A stretch of 64,000 nucleotides of DNA from Zygnema circumcarinatum SAG 698-1b (Eukaryota > Plantae > Zygnematophyceae). The position numbers and the translations under genes are program-made. Positions 48,598-62,032 of this stretch are shown here, piece after piece; within the stretch, counting starts at the first letter, position 1, and the number at the start of each line of letters is the position of its first letter. Where the stretch lies: NCBI GenBank assembly GCA_037447605.1, contig CM074806.1:558001-622000 (forward strand), given 5' to 3'. The notes below the pieces were generated by a model. The model worked only from the letters and a program-made list of their open reading frames with translations, was not told the origin of the DNA and did not search any database.

Positions 48598-50885
48598 ATG
48601 GAACGATCTCCCTTTGAAATGGATCGTGGGAGCAACGGCTTCGGAGGGGCTTCCATGAACTACCCCATTTCCGTTGCGGGCAACGGAGTCCATCCAGCTG
48701 TGTTGGCGCTCCTCCGTTTTCTACAGTTCGCGTTCTGCCTCGTTTCGCTCAGGTATCCGACAAATTTAACTGATTTTTCAACAAATAATTTGGGATTTCG
48801 GTATCCATGCAGAGTAAACAGGACCTGTATTAGGTTTTGAAGAATTTTCTGAGATCTTCGGAATTTAGATTTGATGTTTGGGGCTTTTTTGAAGATTTTC
48901 GATCAGGCATTTTTGGCAGTTTCTCTCCCCTCTTCCATTTTGCTTTTTCTCTCTCCCTCACTCTCTATCTCTTTACCTCTCTCCCTCAATCCCCCTCAAT
49001 CATTCACTCTCTCTCCCCCCTTCACTCTCCCCCCTCTCTCTCGCTTTCTCTCTCTCCCTCTCCCTTTCTCTCTTCCTCTCTCTCTCAACCCCCTCTCCCT
49101 ATTTCTCTCTCTCCCTCTGTTTCTCCCCCACTCTCTCTTTCTCCCTCGCTCCCCTATCTCTCTCTCCCTCCCCCTCTCCTTCACTCTCTCTCTCCCTCCC
49201 CTCTCACTCTCTCACCCCCCTCTCTCTCTTTATCACTCGCTCTCCCTCCCCTCCTCTCCCTTTCTCTGTCTGTCTCAACCCTGCTCTCTCTTTCTCTCTC
49301 CCTCTCACCCTCCTCTCCCTTTGTCACTCTCTATCTCACTCCCCCCCTCTATCTCCCCCCCTAACTCTCCCTCTCACCCCCCTCCCCCTCTCTCTTCCTC
49401 CCTCTCTTTCTCCCCCTCTCTCTCCCCCTCCACTCTCTCTCTTTCTCTCTCTCTCTCTTCCCCCTCTCTTTCTCTCTCTCTTTCTCCCTCTCGCTCTCTT
49501 CCTCGCAATCTCTCACACCCCCTCTCTCTTTCTCTCTCTCTCTCCCTTCCCCTCTCGCTTTCTCTCTCTCCCCTCTCTTTCTCTCACTCTCCATCTCCCT
49601 CTCTCTCTCGTTCTCTCCCCCCCACTCTCTCTCTTTCTCCCCCCTCTCCCTTTCTCTCTATCTCTCCCCCTCGCTCTCTTTCTCGCAATCTCTCACCCCC
49701 CCTCCCCCTCTATCTCTCGCTCTCTCTCACTCTCCCCCTCTCTGCCACCCCCTCCCTCCCTCCCCTTTGACCGCTTTTTCTCATTTGGTTTTCGGGCAGT
49801 CTCATGGCGTCCGCCTCTTCCGCCGACGCAGCCTTTTCGACCTTTTATTCGTTTTCGTTCGTCCTCGGAATGGCCATCGTGACGGCCCTTTACGCGCTCG
49901 GCCAATTTGTCGCATGCGTCGTACGGATGCTCCGCTGGTGGCAGGGGGGGGAGGCCAAACTGGTCACGGTCCAAGTCATATGCGACTATGTCCGTACTTC
50001 TCATAAATCTAAAGCTCCTATTTTCTTGGAAGGAAATCACAGATTGTCCAGATTGGCTGTTAAGGTTGTAGAATGTAACGGAACTGCGACTGAACTGGAA
50101 CTGAACTGAAGATTGGAACACATTTCCGGTACATGGAAAGGGTCGACGTGTATACCGGAAGAATGAAGCTGGAATCAATCATTAACAAAAGTCGACAGTA
50201 ATGTTAGTCGTAGGATGATAGAAAAGAAATGAATTTAGCATGGTTACTACGATTTCAGACTAAGCATGCTTTTCACTTCTCTCAATTTCTCTACCCTCCC
50301 CCCTTTCCCCCACCCTCCCCTCTCCCATCCTCTGTTTTTTCCTTCTTCTGCAGATCATAGGGCTGCTTCTTTTTGGGGCCGCTTGTGCGGGCGCTGCGGA
50401 GTCGTCGCAGATTCGATCCGAAAACTTCGACATCTGTTCAAGCGAGGGGGGCAACCGGTTCGTAAAGGGACGAAAAACAAATGAAAATTAAAGGGGACAC
50501 GGGCGGGAGAGGGCGTAGAGAATGAGTGTGGATAAGGAGTGATAGCTGGTTAGATTACGAGAGTGTGTGTGTGTAAGAGAGAGCGAGAGAAAGAGAGAGA
50601 GAGGGGGGGAGCGGGGGAGGGGGTGTGGGAGAGGGCGAGTGGGAACAGAAGCAGTTTCATACGTCGTACTTCCCATTATTGTTCCCTGATTATCTGAACT
50701 GCTTCTTTTGTTTTTCATTTTTTTCAGAGGGCGCTTTTGCGCGTTGAGTGGGGGGTCGGTGGCGATGGCGTTCTTCGCTGTGTTTCTGCTAATCGCGACG
50801 TTTTGGTAAATTTCAATTCCTCTGAACCTGGTCCAGTTTGGTTGCCAGATCCACTGCGTACACGTCAGCAACGGTCTTACAATAA
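48598..50885 (+). CDS. CASP-like (MARVEL-related) four-TM protein; 5 exons
   Basis: LLRFLQFAFCLVSLSLMA, FSFVLGMAIVTALYALGQ, CDYIIGLLLFGAACAGAA and ICS...RFCALSGGSVAMAFFA follow the CASPL pattern; exon phases join in frame. Confidence 0.8.
48920..49770. repeat. Long CT/GA low-complexity intron tract, representative of many in the window (e.g. 1790-1995, 2455-2680, 11830-12145, 16140-16430, 37230-37610, 38470-38900, 41690-42330, 55490-55800)
   Basis: Pure pyrimidine/purine strand asymmetry; source of the SLSL/RERE ORFs. Confidence 0.95.
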
Positions 50886-50914
50886 CCTTTTCTCGACTTT
50901 ATCAACTTGGAATA

Positions 50915-51137
50915 TTTCACAGGTCGGACCATTGGATTAACCACTCCAATGGTTGCCAAGCATTGGACAACTATTGGATCCAACGGTTGCCAACCATTCG
51001 AATGATTCGGAACCATTGGGTCCAATGGTTGGTCCGATCCAATGGTTGCCAACCATTTGAATGGTTCCGAACCATTGGACGTCCAACCATCCAATGGTTG
51101 CCCAATGGTTGGCGATCCAATAGTCCGACCTGTGGAA
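50915..51137. mobile_element. Short foldback element, same family as 20575-21341
   Basis: 22-bp inverted termini (20/22 match) TTTCACAGGTCGGACCATTGGA; interior made of aatggtt/aaccatt palindromic units. Confidence 0.7.
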
Positions 51138-51785
51138 TGTTTGTAAAGTTCAATGACCGCACCATTTCTGAATGTCTAGCTTTTGGCTTTTTTTTTTTCG
51201 AGTTTCAAAAAACAAAAAACTTCTAACTTTTCGAGTTCGCTTCGTTGGTTTTTGGTTTTCGCAGGACCAATATTGTTTCTTGGCTTCGGCGATATTGATG
51301 CGAATTTGGAGCTGAACTTTCAGACCCATAAAGTCAGTCGTAACCACAAAGGCTGGCTCTCATAATAAGTAAAAATGGTGCGAGAAGTATAAGGACCAAA
51401 AACATCAGAATCTGATGCTAACTGCCATACCATCCTGTCGGCCATAACTGAGCTTGTAAGCTGTTTTTTTTTTTTTTTTCCACTTCTCTCCGAACCAAGC
51501 TTCTTGGACCTCATTTGATTGTTTTTTCGAGTACAAGATGGGTTTTTTTTTACATCAGCTTCTCTTTTTCACATGTACCGTTTGTTTTCAAAACACAGAA
51601 ACGAAAATCCCTGCAGGGTGTTTCTGTAATCAGAAACATAGAAATTCCAATCCGTGCGACAGATTTAAAACATTTAAACAGATTTTTTCCCATATAGAAG
51701 CGTGCAGCAAGCAAACCGTTCCATTACATTATTTTTAATGGAATCAACCTCTGCATGGAAACCCTACTTCTTGAGCTCTCGAAAT

Positions 51786-53946
51786 TTATTTTCCCACAAC
51801 AAAGTTCGAATTTTCCACCCCGTCCCTTGTACCCAGATCCTCCATATCTTCTGACATTTTCAGTTGGCACAGTTCCGTTCCGGCGCACATAGAACACTCC
51901 TCCACCTCCCCCATCACTCGACTCACGCAATATTGAATTCGATCTTCCAATACACGCTGGCCCAGAAAATAAGAAAAAAACAAACCGAGGAGGCGGGCGG
52001 GAAAGAAGAAAAATGGGTGTGAGGGCTCTATAATTTTTAGCATTTTCAGGGTTAAAGAGTTTCTAGGGTTCAGGGCTTTTCGGGGTTTTAAGAGTAGAGG
52101 GAGGGAGGAGGGGCCCCACCGCCACTAGTGAATGGACTCCGATCGGAGCCGCCACAAGGTACTCGATTCCGGGACACTGCTGGGCCGCGGCTGCGACCAG
52201 GGCAGGGATGTCCTGCCACGTGGCGCCCTCACATTCGCTGTTACACTCTCTCCCACTCTCTCTCTTCTCTCACTCTTCTCTCTCTCTCGCTCCCTCCCTC
52301 TCCCCCTCTCCACTTTCCCCCTCCCACCCTTGCCCCATTCCCTCCTCCCCCTCTTTCCCCCCTTCCCCGCTTCCCCCCTTTCCCCCTTCCCTCCCTTCCC
52401 CTCTTCCCCACTCCCCCCTAAATCCCCTTCCCCCTCCCTCGTCCTTCTCTTCCCTCTTTCTCCCCCCTCACTCTCCTTCCCCCCTTCCCCCTCCCTCTCC
52501 CCACCTCTCTCTTTCTCTCTTTCTCTCTTTCTCTCTTTCTCTCTTTCTCTCTTTCTCCCTCTCCCTCTCACTCTCTCAAAACACACACACCATTTCTGGT
52601 CGTTCTAGTACAATAAAAGAGTCCTTTTGAATGAACACAAAACTAGCAGTCACGGGAGAGTTTCTTTGCTTTTCAAGCAGCGAATTTCCGAAGCCTTCCT
52701 ACCTTGGCCCAGTGCCGGCCCGGCGACAGAAAGTACGGACTCACGATGACGGATTTTGCGCCCCTTTGAACGCAACGGAGGAAGGCCTCCGCTATGGTGG
52801 GCTCGGCCAGCTCCTGAGGGGGGAAGAAATTTCTTTGGTAAATTATCTCAAATTTTTATTCAATCATGATGTTGGGTTTCAATTTTCGAAAAAGGTTTTT
52901 AATGAATATGTACACTGGAAACAAGAGCTTATAATTTAAAAAAAAAAGGGACAGAAGTTACCATGTGGGCGAGCTCGACCAGAGTACGACCCGTCTCAGC
53001 TTTGTAAACCTCCACAAAAAAGTCTGAAAATTCGAAATGAAGAGGAAGAAGGAAACATGATGCAATAAATTTAATTAAAAAAAAAATTCTCGAGATTTTA
53101 AGGTACTCACATTCACGAGTTCTGGAGTTTTTAATCACACCTTTTGGGTAATTAGATTAAATTAAGATTAAATTAAGTTAAATTAGATTGAATTAAGGGT
53201 ATCCTTAGTATCATCCATTCTTGTCAAAGGAGTCTTGGGACCAACCCCGTAATTATTTTGGATAACTTAGATCCTAACAATTTAAAGTCATTTAAAGTTT
53301 CAGTTTCAGTTTCTCTTGTGAAGCTCTCGCAAATGTTCCCTGTAGAAACGTTTCCCTTGTCCAATTTCTATGTTGCCCCGGAACTGAAAATTTGCTGGGG
53401 AGCTGCTTTAAAAACCTTTTAAAGTTCAAGAAAAAAGGGGTTTTGTTGGGATGCGAGATTTTTCAATAATTTAGGGTTTGCAGCACCCTTACGGAGCAAG
53501 TCATTCGACTCCTTCCGCCGCGACCCGTGGTCGACGATCACCACTCCCACCGGCTCCGCCAGTCTCCCTCTCCCTCTTCTCTCTCCTCTCCCTCTCGCTG
53601 CTTTCCCTCCCTCCCCCCCATCTCTCGCTCCATCTGTCCCATTCCCACCCTCCCTCCGCCCCTCTTCCGCACTCTCTTCCCCCTCCCCTCCTTCCCTCTC
53701 TCCCACCACCTCCCCCTGAACAGCGCCGCATGTGAGCATCCTGCGAGAGCTTCTCTCAAACCCTAAATCCACACATGGAACCCCGTTAGGGTTTCTGTTG
53801 ACGCCGTACACTTCGATATTGCAGAGACCGCCCAAGCCACGTGTCGGTATGGAAAGTACGGACACCTTCTGGTGTTGCCACGTGGAACCAGCAGGAGAGA
53901 CCTTGACGATCCGGTGGACACGTGGCGCGCCTAGAAGCGTGGTCAT
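51786..53946 (-). CDS. SIRB: Sirohydrochlorin ferrochelatase (CbiX/SirB family), plastid
   Basis: VIVDHGSRRKESN, ELAHMELAEP, SPYFLSPGRHW, DIPAL, APIGVH and the C-terminal Cys cluster CSMCAGTELC; transit-peptide-like N-terminus from the ATG at 53946. Confidence 0.94.
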
Positions 53947-56167
53947 TGCTGGCAGCGACACGTGGCGATGTGCAGAGGGGCGACGAACACCCAAAGGCAG
54001 AAGCAATCTTGGGCCACGATTTGGGAAAAATATGATTTGGCAGAATTTTTCGGATCCAATACGATTGGAATCTTTCAGATACGATACCATTTGAATATTT
54101 GAGATCCGATACGATTCGATATTACCACATTTTCGTATCCTGGATTTCGCCAGACCTGACCGAACGAATCAGAGGGGGGTCGCAAGATACGCATTGTTGT
54201 ACGAAGATAATAAGACAAACGAAGGAGGGCTGCTGGAAGCACGTTTGCGGATCTCAACTCGTACGGTCGTTTACGAGTCTGCGACTTCAAACCACCAAGA
54301 GCTTGCAAGGTTTGTAGTGTGCTGTTGTTGTACCATAATTGGTTATGTGGGGGATGGGTTCTAGGATATTTAGAGTTGTAGGGTTTTAGGGTTCGAGGGT
54401 TTGGTGATGGCGATGGCGTGGTATAGACCTTCGTTTGATCACAACGATGGGAGGAGCTCGGCGGCATAGTTAGATAGTTTCAAGTTTGGATGGTGTGCAC
54501 GTCAAGTTTAGTTCTTTAACAATCCTTTTGTTTAACACGCGCTTGACAAGTCATGCTGCGACTGCGACATGCTCTAGCGCCAACACTCAGCTTGCATCCC
54601 ACAACCGTCCGATGTATTCACCCGTTGTGAGGGGCAGTTGCTGTTGTTTTAACCTGGAGCTTTAAGGCTGCAATGCTTTCATAGACTATTCAACGACTCT
54701 GGGCCTAGCACATGTGAAGCTCCCATGATACCTACACAGAGAGATTCATGCAGGGGTCATTGTGATCATCATTGCCTCATTGTTATCCAAAACCATCACA
54801 AGTGCACGGTTTGTTCAACATCTCCGACTCATGCATCTCGCAACTCACTAACAACAGCGCCTAGACACATTGCCAAAGGAACTCATGGCCCTAAATATGT
54901 GTTCTACTGTTCTCCCCACAACCCCTGCACCCATACTTCCCTCCATTACCCACATTTCCCACCACCAAGGCCCCATTGTCAGGGTTTTTTAGGGTTTCTA
55001 TGACGCCGGCTTTCCCATCAAGAGGCTTATCCGTGCAGGCGTCCGGTCACTTTAGTGACAGAGAAAGGAACTTTATCCATCCCACGTTCAACAGCCAAAA
55101 CCTGCCTTGTACCCGTTTTACCCGCCAAGGATCCCAAATCGTACGGCGTGCACCAAAGTAGATCCGAACCGCCGCCCAAATGCCGGCCAGCCGCGAACCG
55201 CTATACGGAAACTGACAAATCCGTACCTGAACAGTCAAACCGCAAATCTGTAACCCTATTTGTCAGAAAGCGGAAATAGAGGACCCGACTTAACTGCCAC
55301 TGCTCGCGGGTCGGTCCGGCGGAGCCGTCGAACGTCGGATTAACTGAAATAACGGTCGATAGCGGTTTATACGGATGTCGGTTGGAGGCGCTGCAGGTTC
55401 GGCAGCCAATGGGGTATCGCCACGTGTGTACAGTTGTGGGTGGTTTGGAACGACCTCCCCCTTCCGGCCGACCTGCCGGCGACCGCTGGAGGGGGGGGGG
55501 GAGGGGTAGGGGGAGGGGGAGAGGGAGGGAGAGGGAGGGAGAGGGAGAGGGAGAGGGAGAGGGAGGGAGAGGGAGGGAGAGGGAGAGGGAGAGGGAGAGG
55601 GAGAGGGAGAGGGAGGCAGAGGGAGGGAGCGGGAGGCAGAGTGAGGCAGAGGACGAGGGGGTTGAGCGAGAGAGGAAAAGAGGGAGATAGGAGGTAAGCG
55701 AGAGAAGAAGACAGAGAGGAAGAGAGAGAGTAGCGGGAGGAAAGGAGGAAGGGGACGATAGAGAGGGAAAGAAAAGGAGCGAGTGTCTGCTAAGGTGGCA
55801 GAGTGGAAGGAAAGGAGAGAGGAAGAAGAAGAGAGTAGAAACGCATCTTCTCCGTGAGACACGTGTCAGGACACGTGGCAAGACATATGTCACACCTGGG
55901 CTAGATGGGGCGGATGCGACGTAAGAAGGACAGCTGGCAGGCCATCAGATGACGGAAGCCATTTCTATAGTAGTTATGAAGATTAATTTAAGCAGGTTTT
56001 AGCTGGTTCGTTTGTAGATAACAAGTGGCAGCAGACGATTGAAGGAAATATAGGAGAGGTGTAACTTAAAGCTTTCGTAGGTTCACTTTGGGGGTTCAAA
56101 AAGCTTCAGGATCAGGGTTTCGATTTCTGGGAGGCGGAATTTTAGGGTTGGGATTGGGAGAGGAAGC

Positions 56168-59100
56168 ATGGAAGGGCTCACAATGCGGATGGAGGAACGG
56201 AGGAGGCGCAGTAGCGGAATCAGAACGAGCGGCATCACTGCATTTTTCCAGATTTCTTTGGCGATTTTTTGTCTCTGGAGCCTCTTCACTTCGGTGTCCG
56301 GACAGACCGAGGTTGAGGATGGTGAGTCGCACATGTTTAGGCATTCGTTAATTATATCTTTTGATACTCGAAACCAGTGAGAGGCAGTGTTTTCGAATGG
56401 GGTCTTCCTTTGCTTAAAAACCCTAAAAAAAAAACGTTGCACATTCATACACTGCCGTTGTTATCATGGGTCATTGATTCGTTTCCATGTGTTCCGTCCC
56501 GTTGTCTTCTGTTGCGTTTGCAGTCCTCTCACTCATAGAACTGAAGCGAGTCCTCGGTTATCCGCTGGCGCTTAACAACTGGGAAGGGGACCCCTGCCTT
56601 GACAATTGGACCGGAATCAAATGCAAAGAACTTTCTCGGAACGATAAGTTCTTGGGCTACACTGTCACCGTCTTGTAAGAACCCAAAACTTTGAACCCTT
56701 GCAACACAAAAAAAGAGGCTCTCAAACATGTACACCCTGAATCTCTTTAAGAAGAATTTTGAGCCGTCGAAATGCTTGAATACGGCTGCTAAATTCCGTT
56801 GCTGAACCTGAGGGGCTGAACACTCCGAGCTTCGAACGATGCCCCTTTGTTATATTTTTCTTAGTAACTGCCAGAAAAGGTTCAATCTTTTTTCAAAGTA
56901 GTTGAAAGATAAAGCGACCGTTACTGCCGCATAAGGATGAATGAAACTTTCCGTTATCGATAACAGAACTGTGGTAGCACGTGGGAATGACCTGTGCTTC
57001 TGAAGTGACTTTGTTTTGAAGTAAATTTTTTTTTTTTTTGGTTTTCCGCTGGGAGGCAGATGGCTGCCCGATCTAGGACTGGAAGGTCCACTTCCGGATA
57101 GAATAATGACGATGGAAAATCTAGAGTGGTTGTAAGTTCCTCTCTCTCTTTCGCTCGCACTGTCTCCTCCCTCTACCCTTCTTGCTCTCTTTCTTGCATC
57201 TTCCTCCTCCTCTTCCTCTTCCCCTACTTCCCCACGCTCTCCCTTCCTGAACTCCCTCCTCTTTCTTCCCTTCTCTTGCCTCTTCCTCCTCGCACTCCCT
57301 CCCCTCCCTTCCCAGAAAATGAAATCTAGGAATCCACTAGTCAGCTAAAGTAGCAGTACGCTTCCCCACCAGAACGAATGTTTTCACAAAAAGAAACTAA
57401 TCTCATATTTGGTCTCCCCCCACAGCGCCATGAAGAACAACAGCCTCTCTGGGCCTCTCCCGCCGTCTCTTGGGTCGACTCCACATCTCCTCTATGTGTA
57501 AGCTGCAACTGTTATCCGTTGAAACTTTATTATGTTTTCCGTTTTCAGCTTTCAATTCTGAGTCCCCATGGTTGGTTTATCACTAGGAAAGATCTCTTCC
57601 TCTGTTACTGAATGGACATTTTTTTTTTCTTTCCTTACTCCATTCACCCGTGCTGATAAACAAGGGGCGGCTCCGTAATTGCTCTCTGCAGAGACCTTTC
57701 TAGCAACCATTTCAGTGGAGAAATTTCCCTCAAAACAGTGGCGCCTCTTGAGTCTCTGTATGACAATCTCCTCCTCGCCCAGTTCTCCCTCTCTCTCTGT
57801 TACTCACCCCCCACCTTTCTCTCCTTCTCGGATAGTTTCTTTGTGATCCGCTCACTTTTTCTGCTTTCCCTTCTGATGGGAAAGTGCGCGTTCGTATTCG
57901 CAGGATTTTGGCGGATAACGAGTTGACAGGACCAGTCCCCGGCTGTCAGCTGGCTGAGCTCAAGACTCTCAAGAATTTGTAAGATTCTTCGCTCTCGTCC
58001 TCTCTCTCCCTCTCTCTCTCACTCCCATTTTTCTCTCTGCTTGCTCCGCGCCCTCGCGCTTCTCTCATCGCCTCTCCCTCTCTCTCTCTCTCTGCAGGAG
58101 ATTGGGCAGAAATCAGCTCAACGGTACGATTCCGGAGCAACTTGGGAACCTCAGCTGTCTTGAGACATTGTACGACTCCCGTTCCCTCCCTGCAGGTTAA
58201 TTTCTCAAGGGTTTTCTTGCTTTATCTTAAGCCGATTTATTTTCTTATCCTGTAATTATACATCATCGATTTCTTTGTGATGACCGCACCATTTCTTTTT
58301 CCTACGCAGGTGCATCAGTGACAACCTGCTAACCGGATCTGTCCCACCTTCACTGGCGGAACTTCCGAAACTTAGAAAGATTACACTCCAAAACAATCTT
58401 CTCAGCGGGGCCGTCTCTGCAAAGTTTTTAGACATAGATGCCAAGTGCGTACAAACACCAAAGCCTGCAGATTCAGTTTTGAAAGCTTTTCAAGAGACAG
58501 ATCTTCACCTAGACCTTACTCTGTTGGACTGGACTCTGCGTGTTCAGGTTTTACGGAAACGAGGATCTGTGTCAGATGGATGCGTCAGGAGACTGTTCGC
58601 CGTTTCCGGAAATTCAAGGCAGTGACAAGTTGAAAGAAACAAGAGTTGCTACGAGCATCAATGGAGAAATTAACAACGTGGATCTGAGTGCGAATTCAAA
58701 ATGTGTACTGGGAGATACGCGAATTTGCCATTGCCAAGATGGGCAGCAAGGGAGCGAAACTTGCGATGAAAAGGAAGCGTGGGCGGAATGTTCATGCGAA
58801 ACTTGTAAGTTCTAAACAAGAAAAGAGGGCAGGAATGGATTCATGAGAACTAACAGAGCATGAGCATGTCTTCAAACTGTGAAAGCCCTCAATTGGAGGA
58901 GACCTTAACTGCTTTATCTTCGCTGACAAGTGCAGATATCATTCCGAGTGGAAGGGGTTCCCAAGAGCTCCCCTGGTGGAGCATCATTCTCATCGCTTCA
59001 GGCGGTATGCTGACGGGGCTTTTCTACATCCTCATCTGCTTCTGCATTTATCGCCAGTTTAAGCCGCACGGAGGGTACAAACGCAACGCGTAAGTTTTCG

Positions 59101-60776
59101 AACATTGTTCCGAACTCCCTTGAACTCCTAAAGACACTCAAAACATGAACAAGCGTGAGTCCCAAAAGTCTATAGCTTGCTAGAGTATGCGAGAATGATA
59201 CAGCATTTTGGCTTACTTTGTCACTGTAACATGTCAATGCAGAGTCGCGGATGCTCCCTCCCCCGGCTCACAAAGCCCAAGCCGTCAATATGAGGGGGAT
59301 TATGCTCCCTCCGCCATGAAGGGAGGGGAGGCAGCAGTTGCGGAGCGCAAGCCGACAGCCATGGCCTTAGCGAGAAGCTGGGGGCGCTCTATCACCATGC
59401 GTTTCTCTCGTGAGTGCAACAAAGCACGTTGTAATGCCTGTTTGTCGTCTTGGAATTTTCGAGGGTGTCTAAAGATTTGAGCGCTGTTGGGTATTTTAGG
59501 CAAATTCGATGTCATCGCAAATGTTCAAACATGCGCAGAATGGGATGAACAGCCTTGTATTCTTTAAGACCCTAAAACATATGTACGTCATATCGGATGC
59601 AGAACAAGATGTGGCCCCCGAGGCGTATCCGACGGCTGAGGTGGTCAGTGTGGCTGTGATGCCATCGTGGCCGTCCACTCCGCGATCTCACATGATCTCA
59701 CGTCTCTCATTCGACCAAATTCGATTGGCAACAAATAACTTCGACACGGACAACATCCTTGGAACCGACGGCATTGCTCGTGTTTACAAGTACTATTTCC
59801 TACAAACTCTCAAATCCTCTCTTTTGTTTTAGTGCTTGAACTTCTCAGACCATGGACTGCCTTAGGCACATTATCCATTGTTGGATGACTCTGAAATCTT
59901 GCAGGCCTCAACTCCCCCTGTCATCTCCCCCCCCCCTCCCCCTTCTTTTGTCCCTTTCAGGGCTGTGCTTCCTGATCGGAGAATAGCTGTCGTGAAAGAG
60001 CTTGAATTTCTGGGAAGCGGACGGAATTCGTCAGAGAAGTTTTCGGAGGACATGGCTTTGTTTCAACATTTGGAGCATCGGAATTTGGTCCGAATGATCG
60101 GATATTGTGCGGAAGAAGATAGCCGATTGGTTGTGTTAGAGTACATCCCCAACGGAAGCTTGGATCAACATCTCCATGGTGGGTTGTTGTTGTCGGCAAA
60201 CGTGCATCATGCACAAAATTGTCTGTCACTACGCTCTTCGTCAGAAATATTCAACTGAATAGCTCAACAACTTCAACTGTCGATTGGGTGTTCTATGCAG
60301 ACATCGACATGGGACCATGCCTGGATTGGGACGTCCGTATGCACATACTTCTCGGAGTTGCGAAAGGTCTTGACTTCTTACATGACTTGGATCCTCCGGT
60401 ATGTTTGATACAACCTTTCTGGAACACGTAACTCCAAATTCTAAATCTGCATCAAGAAAACCACGAAAGCATGTGATCATAAGCTGTCATCTTTGTCAAT
60501 TGCATCTTCCTGATTCTCTGTTTTCTTGCGGCTAAGCAGCTTGTCCACAAGGAACTCCGTGCAACCAATGTACTTCTCGACAACAGCTTCGACGTAAAAT
60601 TGAGCGACTACGCGCTGACGCATTTGGCCGGACAGCCTGCGGCTCCACCAACGCTCTCTGCGACGGTTAATGTGGTAAGTAAATTACTGCATTCTACATT
60701 CTGCACTGTATTGCATCGTATTCCGCAGCTTTTTGCACCTTTGATTGAGTTGAATCTATTCATTACTAACAGCGTC

Positions 60777-60816
<40 letters not shown>

Positions 60817-62032
60817 CCTCTCGCTCCTTCCATATATTCTCCCTCCATTTTATTGGTCTGAACTTTATTTGTTTTCAGGAAGTGGCGGCAGGAATCGCTG
60901 CCCCAGAGTTAGCGTGGGCGCAAGAGTTCACAATAGAGATGGACGTCTACGCCTTCGGAGTGCTCATCCTGGAAGTCATCACAGGGCGGAGACCCCTCGA
61001 CACCAAGCGACCGGCCAACGAGCAAGCGCTCGTCCGATGGGTACTGCCTTTATCCAATATCCTCAAAACCCTAAAGCTTCCAAAACCTCCAAAAAAACCC
61101 TAAAGTCAAATCGACGTAGCCTCATCCAGTTGTCTTCCTCCTACCCTTCCCTGTTCCATGCAGGCGCGGCCCCGTTTAACGGAACGGAACCGTGTGGAGG
61201 CCATGGTGGACTGGCGACTGGACGGCGTATACAGCAGCCCTGCACTGTACCAGGCGGCCCTATTGGCGTGGCAGTGCCTTCAGAAGGAGCCCGAATCTCG
61301 GCCCACCATGGCGCAGGCAGTAGAGGTGTTAGAGAAGCTGCAGAGCCTCCCTATAGACGCCATGGCCATGGCGGCCATGGGGGCGCAGCAGCAGCTGCAG
61401 ATGCCAGAGCCGCGCTTGCACGAGTTCCTCGGAGTGGACATGCCGGAGGATTCGCAAGGTCGCGGACATGGCGGAGTGGGAGGAGGAGGAGGAGGGGGAG
61501 GAGGGATAGGAATGGAGAGTCCCGGACAATGGGTGAGCTAATAACTGAGCGGGGTGATTGGGTTTGAATGTGGAGATCCTTTCGAAGTCTTTGAAGTTTG
61601 TGGCATTTCTAGAATCCCTTAAGTTTCAAGGTTTACATTAACAGCCATATTGCCGTCAATTATTTCAAATTTTCATTATCTTTTTTTCACTTCACATGCT
61701 GAAGTACTAGCTGGGGTTTAAGTAAGAATTTGAGCTCCTGTTTGAGCAAAGCGTCGTTTCTGCGTGTGTTGCAGTCCCCGGCGGTGCAGATTGCCATTCC
61801 TGTGGAGGAGGACGAGGAGGAGGAGGAGCCGATGGCGGCGCAAGTCGCGGGTTCGAGCCTCGCTGGCGGCGCCATGGCGGGCGCGGACGGCGGCGCGCCC
61901 GAGTGGATGTTCCGCCGCTCGCAGACGATGGAGCGCGGGGCCGCCGGCGAGCGCCAGTACGAGCGCACGCTCTCGGCGCCGCTGAGCCCGCGAGAGATCG
62001 ACTTCCCGCCGCGCCGCTCGCTGCGGAAGTAG
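56168..62032 (+). CDS. LRR receptor-like kinase, STRUBBELIG/SRF (LRR-V)-like, probable pseudokinase
   Basis: Signal peptide, LRRNT (NNWEGDPCLDNWTGIKC), about 6 LRRs mostly in phase-2 exons, a Cys-rich juxtamembrane module, TM (WWSIILIASGG...ICFCIY), and a kinase domain with AVVK, HKELRATN, SDYAL and GRRPLDTKRPANEQALVRWARP. The terminal exon is about 61775-62032. Confidence 0.88.

Noticed and set aside
48752-49798. Possible U12-type intron in the CASPL gene (donor GTATCC)
   Set aside because: The donor continues GA rather than TT, and there is no convincing TTCCTTRAC branch site.
50728-50800. Apparent frameshift in CASPL exon 4
   Set aside because: Recounting gives six G at 50750-50755, so RFCALSGGSVAMAFF is in one frame.
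54500-54960. Balanced-composition stretch that might be a retroelement relic
   Set aside because: No RT, integrase or gag motif identifiable in any frame.
58804-58815. Apparent premature stop (CKF*) in the receptor kinase ectodomain
   Set aside because: A GTAAGT donor at about 58805 and an AG acceptor at about 58933 bypass it in frame.
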